A DNA stretch of 62,262 bases, counting the filler, from Sphacelaria rigidula (lineage: Eukaryota), in the NCBI GenBank assembly GCA_964200075.2. It is 4 parts of 4 records of this genome, joined end to end, with 100 filler letters (N's around TTAATTAATTAA, not from the genome) between each part and the next. Parts side by side here need not be neighbours in the genome. Positions count along the whole stretch, not along the records: positions 1 to 15,495 come from CAXNAA020001724.1; 3 more parts are not named here. One strand, written 5' to 3'. This document shows positions 1 to 11,029 of the stretch, one piece after another. The notes beneath the pieces are model-generated. The model ran no database searches. It had not been told where the DNA came from and worked only from the letters and a program-made list of their open reading frames with translations. The first letter of the stretch is position 1; each line of letters begins with the position of its first letter. A program made the translations under genes and the position numbers.

Positions 1-281
1 ACCGATACAAGCATTTTCAAGAAATAGAAAAAAATAAAAAACAAAAAAAAAAAAAAAAAAAAAAAAAACGAATTCTGAAAACGTCTGATGCTGACAACCA
101 GAGGACTGTACGCTCAGGGAAAGGATGACGAGTGATATCAGGTTTTTGGCCCCCATGCGAACAGATGCGTGGAGAGGCCCTCGGAAGGTGAGAGGGTACT
201 ACTCACCGACTAGATACATATGAGTGACTGAGGGGTTTTTCATCCACTAGTGATCATCGGTATCTTTGCATATTTCACGAG

Positions 282-480
282 CTGATTGATTGATTGAGTG
301 TCGCACTTTAACTGACCACTCATGGGTCCAGCCGTGGTCGTACGTTAGACCTACTCATGAAAAGCAAGACTGAAACACTCGTTCAAGAAAACAAAGGAGC
401 AGAAAGAAGTCGAACAGAACTACATAGTAGACCAAGACGTGAAAAAAAAAAAGGGCCGTGTCGTAAAAAGCCGCGTTGAC
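282..480 (-). mobile_element. 3' end of non-LTR retroelement/SINE with (AATC)n tail
   Basis: The reverse complement ends GGGTCAGTTAAAGTGCGACACTCAATCAATCAATC, matching the termini at about 1705-1783 and 31676-31718; pyrimidine-rich body. Confidence 0.6.
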
Positions 481-1172
481 TACCGATTGGATTCTGTACC
501 GGGGGGGGGTTGATTTGGCGCTCGGATGTCCCTTCGCCTTTACTCGTCGTTATGCGAGTATTACGAGACGCTCATCCAGTGTGTCCGTATTGACGCACGG
601 AATCAGGAAGCAGATTCTTTAGAGGGGTGCTCATCGTCATCCATGCGGGATGCTATTGTAGTACTCATCCGTGAGGGGTGGAATGTTGTGGTATGCCATA
701 TACACAAACTCTGGAGTTTGGTCGGTTGATCTCCGTAGGCTGAGTGTGTCCACATCTTCAAGGCACGTCAATTTTTTCCACTGCTGGCTCACGCACACTA
801 TGCTGCGATACTGTGTGCTTCGCTCTCACCCTCCTTTCTTTCTGTTGTAAACTGTGAACTGGACACCTCCTCTTCATTGGTGATACGTCATCAGCTGCGT
901 CCATCTCTGATGCGCTTTTCATTTGATTGATGGGCTACGAACACTCAAAACATCACAAAAGACCCAAGTCTGGTGCCATCAACTTGCCTGGCGATCGTAC
1001 ACAAATAGAAGGCAAGGGAAACCAACCTCAAGCGACACGCACATCAAACTTCGGGCCTCGGAAAAAAACTTTTTGTGCTGTAGGTACGTATTACTCAACC
1101 TCATTTTTCTATTTGAATATCCTCGATGGTTAACTTACTCGCGGCTAAGCTCTTACCGAGCACAAGACTCAC

Positions 1173-1742
1173 ATGTCCTTGGGCGGGAAGTTCTCGATCA
1201 GCCAGGGCTTTCCCTTGAAGATGTCTGGCATCGCAACGTTGAAACCCGCGTTTGCGAGAGTATCACATACCTGAATAGAACACATGTGACCATCATACGT
1301 GGAACACGAACGGGTTATTAAATGACTCCGTCACTTGAGATACCTCGATTTATTCATATACCAAGGCTTTACTCTCCCCTTCTTCCACTGTTGTGTAGAT
1401 CGCGCGGTACGTCTTTGTTTTCCAAGACTGGGTATGAATGCGGTCCTCCGCAAGACCTTTTCCGCCCAAGTCATACAGCAGAGATCGGCCATTTATTTCG
1501 TTTCGTTTCGTTTCGTTTTCTTCCATTTCTCTTCTTTTTTTGTTATTTTCTCTTGTCCTTATACATTCACTTTCTTTATCACGTCTTTGTCGGCTATGTT
1601 CTTCCACATTTACTGTTCTTTTTCTTCAGCGAATGCTTCACTTTTGCCTTGTCTCGGGTACGTCTTATCATGTGGATAATAACCACCACTGGATCATGAC
1701 TCCTGCAGGGTCAGCTGAAGTTCGACAATCAATCAATCAATT

Positions 1743-1785
<43 letters not shown>

Positions 1786-2762
1786 TACCAAAGAATTGTG
1801 CCTGAAACAACAAACAAAAACGGCGACACATGAGCAAGAAACATACGGTGCCTGTTATGGGAAGCACAAGTCATGTCGGAGAAACACAACACGGTGTCCG
1901 CAATTTTCACGAGTGACGACTGTTAGCTCAAATACCGTCTACGCGGCAGACGGAGATGTGCAACCTTCCGTACCCACGGCACCATTTCCAAGACGCTGCG
2001 TCCAATGTGTCGCGTCTACCACACACCCTACTGCATACTGTTGGTGCTTGAAGATGTTCTTGGCAGCCAGCGACACAGCCCCGCTGTCCTGCAATGCGGC
2101 AGTGTCTACGGGACATGTCACACCACAATACTGCCCGCAGGAAAGGGGTATCATGCTAGAGCTTCGTATGTTTCTCCATTTTTCTGGGACGAGATATATC
2201 TCACCTGCTTCGTTTGGGTACTGAATCCGAAGATGTCGTAGACCACGATCAAGGTCTTCGGTCCGGAACCTAAAAAAACAAAAACACGGTCACATAGAGG
2301 TCAGCCGCTGTCACCGGACGTGTTCGGCAAGGAGCGCCAAACCAGCACGAGAGCAATAAAATAAAATGACCCCTGTGCAGTATCCCTAGACATGACAGGA
2401 AAGACTGGTACCTTACATCATTCGGTATTATGAAGCAAACATGTTCATTCCGCTTTGATCTACTGTAGTACAAACACAATTAACTTGGTAGCATGTCCCC
2501 GTTTGCTCAGCTTTTTGTGATGAACGGAGGAACACCGTCTCGACGTAGAACCTGCAACTGGAGAAAGTCGAAATGGTTCGACAGCGAACCACCTCTGCAC
2601 GCAACATAGCACCCATATCCTACGGAGCGCTTGCTCTTCTCGTATCTCGGCTCAGGCATGCCAAAACCGAAGCAAATTCTGACTCACCGATGAAGTAGGT
2701 GTCCACATCACCAACCTTGGATACCGTTCCTTTCGGTGTGTAATCGCTTGACACAGGGGGTC
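1173..2762 (-). CDS. Dienelactone hydrolase family (alpha/beta hydrolase) protein, partial, 3 exons
   Basis: GT-AG exons 2688-2762, 2205-2269 and 1173-1270 join in phase to GPPVSSDYTPKGTVSKVGDVDTYFIGSGPKTLIVVYDIFGFSTQTKQVCDTLANAGFNVAMPDIFKGKPWLIENFPPKD. The YTPKG, DIFG and GFxVxMPDxFxG motifs are typical of eukaryotic DLH/AIM2/CMBL-like enzymes. First exon not identified; the exon carrying the GxCxG nucleophile was not found and probably lies beyond the left edge. Confidence 0.88.
1430..1783 (+). mobile_element. 3' end of non-LTR retroelement/SINE with (AATC)n tail, inside a DLH intron
   Basis: T-rich body, then GGGTCAGCTGAAGTTCGACAATC and about 14 AATC units (1727-1783). Related termini at 282-330, 31676-31718, about 33365-33390 and about 36915-36950. 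Confidence 0.65.
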
Positions 2763-4403
2763 CTGATGTTGCAAGTCCCGTTACATTGCGGTGGGAAGGG
2801 CGTCAACAACATATCACCGAGCAGGTGACCATCAGCTGATTGTTAACGTTTTTGCTGCGAACGAAAAGAAATTGGACCGCGGATGGATCACTGATGAACC
2901 ACTCAACTTGGGCATCGGAAACGACTGAGTTCAACCCTCTTAGCGCACGGGTTTGGAATGACACGTCGGGCAGTTGGACATGGTCTTGACTGAGGGCCAT
3001 TTGCTTCTTTGGTGGGACGACAGCGCTTGCATGAAAGGCAGGGGGTTGGGGCTAAAACTCTCGTGCACGCATTCGGCAAAACACAACAACTGCGCCGTTC
3101 GTCTCCGCTGTCACATGCATCGACAACAGCTGGAGTGGAAATACGACGATGGTGGGTGTAGTTGTCATGCCGAGACCAGGGCCTCCAGAACGAACAATAA
3201 AATAGTGTGTGCAAGATGGTCGTGACTCCCGCCTCTCAACCATGCCGGCAAGCTGCGGCAAGCCTATTGGCTAACATCTATATTTGGAGATCTCCCTACA
3301 GCAAGCACACCTACTCGGTGCTCATCTACTGTACGCCTACAGTCCGTTTTATCCCATTCATCTGCATCTCAGGGGTGCCCGTAACCCATCTTCCAAGATA
3401 TAACAGGCCCTTCAAGTTGAGATTCGGTGAATTTGGGGAAGGGAGCGCGCGGGGGGGGTTTGGCCACAGTATACTTTGTGCTACCCTTAGATATAGTTAT
3501 GCTCCAGCATGAGGTCGGCGTGCAGAGTATAGTGGGGGATCCCACCACGATGCGGTTCAAGTCACTTATCCCAAGTCCGATGTGAGACGCAAGAAATTAA
3601 TACATTAATCGAGATACCACCTAGTACTGCAGCTCTTCAAACTTTCACTTCTCGAGTGTCTATTGCCCCGTCCCGGTGGAGGTGGGGAGGGGCTATATCG
3701 CTGTGTATCCTAAATTGTGGACCCCTCTCTTGCCTCCAATCCCCCAACTCGGGGAAAAGGGTTACTAGATTCCTCGAAAGAATGAGCATGGGCTATGTTG
3801 GAATTTGCCCGGTGTCGGGCTATTGCATCCCTGCCAACACACGTCGGTCCGGGGCCGCGGTACTAGGAGCAGGATCAACGCAACACTTTGAACGCCACGG
3901 TGGCTCATATGTTGAATGGATATTATTTCCACCTGATATACTGATATTTTGTATGTACGACGCAAATGGCCTACCCCGGCCGTCAAAACGTCAAGGCGAT
4001 TTATATAGGTTGTCCTGTGCCCAGGGCGCTCCCAATTTCAATTTAATTCGGTGTAAGTGACGTTGCGATCTTGGACTGCGGCGGTGAAACCGGAGTGGTC
4101 TCGGCTGAGCCCTTGTTAGAAGTGGCTGTAAAATGAATGTTTGCCGCAGGCACCCGGGGTATGGTGATGTGTCGTTGCACGGCAGCGTAAAGTTGTATGG
4201 AAGCAGAAACGTGTTCGTGTTATCGTTGTCGCCCTACATTCGCAAGGACCGGCAGCAAGCCGGCGCTGAGACGCGAGCCGTGTCCCGGCAAATTCCCGCT
4301 AGGTCGTCCCGCACTAGTCCCAGCCACTACCATACCTGTTTTCAAGTATAAGTACAGGACTTGCTTCCCAGTATGCCATAGACTGCAAGTTAAAAACTGC
4401 TGT

Positions 4404-4669
4404 CAGCCGGGACGGAGCACACCGGGTTTTCGCCGGACAAGGCTCGCACCCGATCACCACGCGCGAAGCGCCGTCATGTGCTCGGCGAGTCGCATGAAGG
4501 GTGAGCTGCATCCAGCTAAAGATTGTTCGACCCGAAGCCTACTGATTATTTTGCATCTGGATAACAACCTACAGTGAGTTGCTTTTTTTCTGGTATCGCC
4601 ACTCCCAGAGACAGCCATGGCTTATACACTGCCTCATGGGTGTCTCACCAGAAGTGGAGGGGGGGGAGG
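4404..4669 (-). mobile_element. C-tract-associated structured interspersed element, long copy, 3'-truncated
   Basis: The reverse complement aligns with 61885-62080 and 46782-46920; C-run at its 5' junction (G-run 4656-4669 on the plus strand). Confidence 0.8.
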
Positions 4670-4753
4670 CTGGGTACCCTATTTGAGGAGGGGTCCCCCC
4701 TGATCGATGGATGATGGCAATAGTAGTTGCTGTGTGTGCGCGCATCGGTATTC

Positions 4754-5209
4754 GACCCACCCTTGTACTAACGAATCTCGATTTGTACAAATATGAGGAT
4801 TTCAATCCATCTACAGGCGGTATTCTCCCGTGGATTGATTTTTCGGGCCCCAGTCCGTCGGGCAATGTTTTTCGGCTAGCTGTCAACAAATCAGATCAGT
4901 TCGCCCATTCTCTGAGCGTTGACTTTCGATACATCACCTTTCTGCTGAAATCGGGACACTCCCGCATCTCCCCCGATTATTTCAAGAAAATCGGGGGAGA
5001 TGCGGGAGTGTCCCGATTCGGGCGGAAAGGTGGTGACCAAAAGTCAACGAGAGAATCGGAGAGTTGATCTGGTTTGCTCACAGGTAGCCGGAAAACATTC
5101 TCCAACGGACTGGGGTCCAAGAAAATCAATCCACGGGGAAAATCGCCTGTAGACGGGCTGAAATCCTCATATCTGTACAAATCAATATTTGTTGCCATAA
5201 AAGTGGGTC
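4754..5209. mobile_element. Foldback MITE, probably PIF/Harbinger (Tourist-like)
   Basis: Near-complete imperfect palindrome GACCCAC...GTGGGTC with centre near 4982 (GGGACACTCCCGCATCTCCCCCGATT / AATCGGGGGAGATGCGGGAGTGTCCC); flanks TTC and TTA. Confidence 0.8.
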
Positions 5210-5212
5210 TTA

Positions 5213-5651
5213 GGCCGGATGTTATGGCAAAAAGATTTTTGGCCCACGGATTATTCACTTTTGGGACGTTTGAGCCACTTTTTGACCCCCAAACAGGGAA
5301 AATCGCAAACACACGCGTCGGGCACTTTGCATCACCTCACAGAGAGGAGCCTGGTCTGCTTTTCAGATTCGCTTGGCTCCGAGGTTTCGAGATTGGCCGC
5401 TCAAGAATAATTTGTGTGCAAAAATCTGTGCTTGCAGACCCTAACCAGTTTGCCCGATAACCAGTGGAGATCGCCGCAGATGTTGCAGACGGATTATCTA
5501 AATAGGGGTCTAGGCCCCTATCTGTGGGGTGATGCAGAGTGTCCAAGACGTGTGTTGGCGACTTTCCTTGTTTGGGGGTCAAAAGGTGGCTCAAACGTCC
5601 CAAAAGTGAACAATGCGCGGGCCAAGAATCTGTGTGCCATAACATCCGGCC
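5213..5651. mobile_element. PIF/Harbinger-type MITE with about 140-bp TIRs and TTA target duplication
   Basis: GGCCGGATGTTATGGCA ... TGCCATAACATCCGGCC, with TTA at 5210-5212 and 5652-5654. Confidence 0.88.
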
Positions 5652-6275
5652 TTAGAACACACATCCATGTACAGTACACAACATATGCTGCTTACTGCTG
5701 TGATCGACGCTGCGTACCAACAGCAGCGTGACGCTTTGAGCGGTACTACCTGCTCATTGCAGAGCGGCAGGGTGACAAAGCACACCGCAGAACGTCACAC
5801 CCTTGGCCTATCCCTGCCCTGTATCCATTTCGCGCTGTCCTATGTAGTTCCGCCACATCATGAACGCAGCCGCTTGGACCTACGGCCAATGTGTACGCGG
5901 GATATCACCTCTTGCTACGTGCTATATCGCTACGCCACATTTTTCAAAGCTGTCCGTGTTGCAGCTACAGCGTGCGTTTGTAGCATTCCACACCGTGATC
6001 GCACTGACTACAGAAGTGCTTGTCTAGTGTCTGGTACATTTCCACATGCGTGTAGCGTTACTCAGTGATATCATGAGAAAATCCGCAACATCTGGGCGAA
6101 CTGCAGGTGAGGCAATCGCCAAAAGATTACCAGCAAACTCTGCTCCAGTGCGGTCTAAGTTGATATCGCTGGAAGGACGCCACCATAACCACCTTGCCGG
6201 CTGCCAGACTGGAAGGACCTACGATCCGCTGGCATTGCTACTGTCTGTACGGAGATGGTGCCCCCTTGTCGGGCA

Positions 6276-6424
6276 GTGCTCCGTCTCGAAAGGGATGCGT
6301 GGTCAATGGTCAGACGACCAAGGCAAGCAACAAATGAGTACGCCCCCCCCCGGGAGGGGAGGGCGGGCTATTTTGCGCGAAGCACCGGAACCACCAAATA
6401 CGTACCCCCCCCCCCCCCCCCCCC
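6276..6424 (+). mobile_element. C-tailed structured short element with 15-bp flanking duplication
   Basis: GTGCTCCGTCTCGAAAGGGATGCGTGGTCAATGGTCAGACGACCAAGGCAAGCAACAAATGAGTACG+C9, then 53 nt and C20; CCCCCTTGTCGGGCA at 6261-6275 and 6420-6434. Confidence 0.85.
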
Positions 6425-8259
6425 TTGTCGGGCACGTGGGGAAGGGTCCGTGGCAGAACGCAATGGTCGCGTCAAGGAGCTGCATGCTAGGCGTTCTCAC
6501 TCAAGACTTCGATTTGCAGCAGATTCGATGGGCAGTACCAACTGCTGTGTCTCCAAGTGCCACTTGGAGCAAGATACGTTTGGTTTCTGTTTGACAAAGT
6601 TTTCTCCCCAAAAACGAAATCAAAAGGGGTCTTAGAGTGGGGAAAGTATAGCAAAAATCGAGTCGCAAAAAACGGTTAGCCGAATTTTTTACTCGGAGCA
6701 GAAACCAAGTTCACTGAGTGAAATTGGAAATTCCTCCGCCTCTTACGTTGGAGTACCTATGGGCAAAACGTTGCCTGGGTGCAACCGTGCTAGTGAGGAT
6801 AGTATAGTCGGGTTTGTTATAAACATGAAAACGAAGACGAAGCTAGAGAAGAAAAAAAAAACGAGGTTCTATTCCTTTACCTAAAATGGGTTAAAATATA
6901 CCCCATGTTGGCCTATTTTGGGAATATTTTTTACAATGTTTTTTATTATGTTTTCGAGAATTTTCGAAAAATTCTCGAAAGCGTCAAAATTTAGGACCCC
7001 ACCTGCCCACTACACCATTCTAGTGATAGACTCGCCCCCCAGCACTCCACCACCTCGCAAAGCGGGGCGCCGAGATATCGGGTGGTGACGGCTACTCAAT
7101 GGCGGTAGAGATTGCGATGGTCATGCAGTCCCGTGGGAAAGGCGTGAATTACGGCGACTCTCGGGCCGACTGATTTTTTTCGGCCGTTCGGCCGCATGGT
7201 TCAGGCACCGGCTGAAAAAAAAACATGCTTTTTACTTCGAAAAAACACCGAAGAATTCAACAAAAAAATCGAAGAGCAGCTCGGGCACGGTTGAGCACCC
7301 GTACAAATTTAGATACCCTAACTTATGAGACAGAGGAAGTAGAGGCGCTCAATATAGACAGCCCGAAAAAACGTGATGGTCTGTACACAAGACTTTGGAA
7401 AAGCCGAAAGCTCGGTTGAACCCCAAATACGTACGCGTGATTGGCGTGAACCTCCCGATGATGTAATCAACCCTAACATAGGTGCGGTGAAGGTTAGGGT
7501 GAGTGATAGATGTTTTTGATTGATTGTCGACATTAAGTGATCCCCGAGGGACCCAATCGTGGTGAAAAAAAAAGTACCAAGGATTCCCAGGTTCCTCAGT
7601 ACTTACCACAAGTTTGGCCAGCATGACATACGTCAGGCTTAAGTAGGACGTGGCCCAAGATGATTGACTGGAGGGCAGCAGATATAGGTGCAGTTGGTAG
7701 ATACTGTTATGGGTAGGAATGGGGGCCCTTATGACCAAACATCGACACAAAGTTTGAAATAAAAAATAACGCGGAGTAATAATGAACACGTCAGTAGGTG
7801 GTCGGACCTACGCCGGGGACCTCACGAACAGAACACATGCTCCATCACTCATCAACTTGGTTTAGTATGGGAAAGCTGTAGCACTGGAGATTGCTCTTTT
7901 CTTGACACAGGAAGCAAGCCGGCCAATGGCACTTGACGGCCCCCAGCATACACACAGGATCTAGGGAACCTATCTTGATTTTTTGCTGGCGTCGCGTCAG
8001 CGTCCCGTAAACCCCTCGCCAGAGCGGAATACACCACATTCTAGTGTATTCAAGTCATTTACGAGTCAGTATCACGCGCAAACGCGAAACACAAACTAGG
8101 CGACATAGCTTGCGTGTGTGGGAAGCGCACGCAAGAAACCGCAGTCCAATCCCCCGCTTCGTCGCCGACATACAAGCGTTGCGCGATCGGCACCTTTGGG
8201 TTGAGGATTAGTAGCGTCTTTTGAGATCGAAGATGGCAAATTCAAAAAAATCGGTGCGC

Positions 8260-9312
8260 ATATTTTTTTCTCCTGCCGCAAGCAAGTTGTGACGATACTG
8301 CATGCAGTTTGATTGCGTGCCACAAGTCGCTGCTTTGCTCTGTGCGGCTGTGCACAAAGGACAAATTCGCCTTTTGACAGCGAGTATCCTTCCAAGTGTC
8401 GAATTACAGAGGGGGAGTTCACAGAAGAAAGACAAAGCTGGCGGCTGCTTCGTGTTAGGGCTCCAGTGCAAAAGCCAAGGCGTCGAGAGTAGTTTTAGTA
8501 TGTGGACCGCCTTACATCTGCTTGCGACTGCGGTCATGTATTTAGTAACTGTCTGTACATAATATTACAATAATAATAGAAGAATGAGATGCAAACTATG
8601 CGACGTTCGACAAGCTTCGTTTTAGGCTGCGTGTTTTTTTTGTTGCGGCGAGCAGTGTGTGACGACATTTCACTTTGTAGCGTGCCACCAGGTGCTGCTT
8701 CGTTCTGTACGGCTGTGCACAAAGGGCAAATCCGCATTTCAACAGCGAGTATCCTTCATGTGTTGAGTTGCAGAGGGCGAGGTCACACATGAACTTCGGC
8801 GGTTGTGTCTGAGGGTTCCAGCGGAGAAGCCAAGGCGCCAAGAGTGATTTTTATTTTAGACTGCGCACCATGTACGCCCAGGTCGGCAGAGCCACCATGT
8901 TCCAAGTGACTGCCTGTACATACTGAAAATAATATGCAAACCATGCGATTTGCGCTGACTTGCATCTTCGATCAAATGCTATTTTTCGGCATAGATCAAT
9001 GTCATGATATTTGCTTCGGTGGCGGTCCGCCATGTGCTGCTCTGTTCTGTGGGGATGTGCACAAAGGACAACCTCACGTATCATGAGCGAATACCCTTTT
9101 ATCCCTTGACTTGGAGAGGACGAGTTCACAGATGAAACACGGCTGTCTTGTAGCAGACGGTTTCGCGGCAGAACCCAAGGCGGTGGAGCGATTTTTATTT
9201 TCGTTGACGCACTGGCCATGCTTGACCGTATCGGCAGAGCAACGATGTTTTACGTGACTGCCTGATCATATTGCAAAAAACATCTGAGCTATGCGGCTTT
9301 AGCCAACTTGCT
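8260..9312. repeat. Three diverged tandem copies of a roughly 350-bp unit
   Basis: Anchor TGTGCACAAAGG at 8349, 8714 and 9056 (periods 365 and 342), with collinear AGCGA(G/A)TA, CCAAGGCG and G(T/A)ACTG(T/C)CTG blocks. Confidence 0.8.
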
Positions 9313-10669
9313 GTTTAAACGGGACAGTACACAGGCGTGAGGAGCGCAATCAGTTACCAACCAGTTCACCTCATTTGAGGAGCGTCGCCCCCTCCCGTAT
9401 CACCATCCATCCCATCTCTGCCGGCCTCGAAATTATTTGTCGTCACGTTTGTCCAACTTCGTCCCTTGCGAGATTTTGAAATTAGGGGAAAATTGACGTT
9501 GAATATGTTGATCTGGACAGAGTGGACCAGACTGTGCCCAAGCGACTGACAAGATGGGATTCCTTCCACTCATGCCTTGACCTTGACTTCATGGGGCCCA
9601 CGAAAAATTCACTCTCCAATCCCGCAGTCACAGCTGTGTGTGTAGGACATGCAGCGCGCAGCCAATCCGCACAGCGTAAACCTCTTGATCGTCAACATCA
9701 ACATCGTTCTCAGTAGTATTCGCATGCGCGACACTGCTGCTCATGATCTCAAAATTTCGGTACTTTCTCGTTCTAGCACTATGTCAGGCACGCCTTTCAC
9801 TGCAGTTACGTTGGTGTGTGGCGGCCACAACAGCTGCTGTTCGTGTTCCTGCCTTGCTATCTTCGCACTGACGATAAACGTGGGGTGGAAGCTCGGGGGC
9901 GTGTGCTTCCCGAGTGGTACAGACAGAAGCAAGACACTAGCAAGTGCAACAAGATTGTCCATCTACTGATGCGCAGCGAGCTTTCTGGAGGAACGATATC
10001 ACCTGAACACCGACCACTCCCAGGCTTGAATAAATCTACTAGAAATATAGTTCATTTCATATGAGCCTTATCCTTATTTATAAGTGACGCGTGTATTTTC
10101 CATTGATATGATTCGTTGGATTACGGGCCACTTCGGACGAATATAGAATTCAGCTTGCACTTTCCAGGAATATAGAACCCAAATCGGCCCCCATTCCTGC
10201 CCATAACTACGGGCTCGGGTCGGGTTGCCCAGCCCATGTCTTTCAGCTGTGTCCACAACCCACACAATACAAAGCGAAGCTCCGACATACCGATGAGGGT
10301 GCACTGTGAGACGTGACGTGCGTACTGACACATCTTCGGTTTTGATACCGTTCATCTTGGTCTTAGAAATAAAAAAAAGAAAGTACAGCGGCAGCAGACA
10401 TATTCAAAGTGTTCCTACATTGCGGGATAAAGGAAGTGGGTCTGTACATGTGCGGTTGCATCGCGAGATGGTGTAAGGAAGTGGGGCTGTATGCACAGTA
10501 ATAGCGAGGGTGCCTACAAATATGTATATCAAACCATCTCCGACCGTCAGTTTTTGGTCTTCTTTCGAGAGGAAACTAAAACACACACACAGTAATACAG
10601 TACCGTGTTTTTTCCTTCGCAAGGCCCCGTCTATACCAAGAGGGGAAATGGAGAATGATCATGACCATT

Positions 10670-10860
10670 CTGTGTGTGTGTGTGTGTGTGTGTGTTGTCG
10701 TCCCGTCTAATCTGGACGCCGGTCTACACCTTTCGATATATGTGAGCGCACCAGCCGGGGTCACACAGGAGGAAGGTCAATACAGGACCTTTTTCTTCTT
10801 TTTTTGTTTTCAGTGTCCCACCTTCCTTCTACGGTGCTTGCCTTTATTTGTTTATCGCGA
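10670..10860 (+). repeat. Interspersed repeat adjoining (TG)n; second copy at 17164-17252
   Basis: TGTTGTCGTCCC..T.TGGACGCCGGTCTA.ACCTTT.G.TATATGTG.GCGCA.CAGCC.GGGTCA is shared by both copies. Confidence 0.75.
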
Positions 10861-11029
10861 GTGGGGTTCAGCAGTCCCTTACCCTCGTCGACCGTCAAGT
10901 CGATTTTTGTGTATCCACGACATGTCACTCTCCACTGTTGGGCATGGTGTGAGAAAAATCCCAGATCGCTCCGAGATTTGCACCCACGACCCACCCGTCA
11001 GAGGGTGTCGAGGTTACCAACTGGGCCGC

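Noticed and set aside
2891-2925. CTGATGA...GAAAC hammerhead-like core
   Set aside because: No stem II or flanking stems can be formed.
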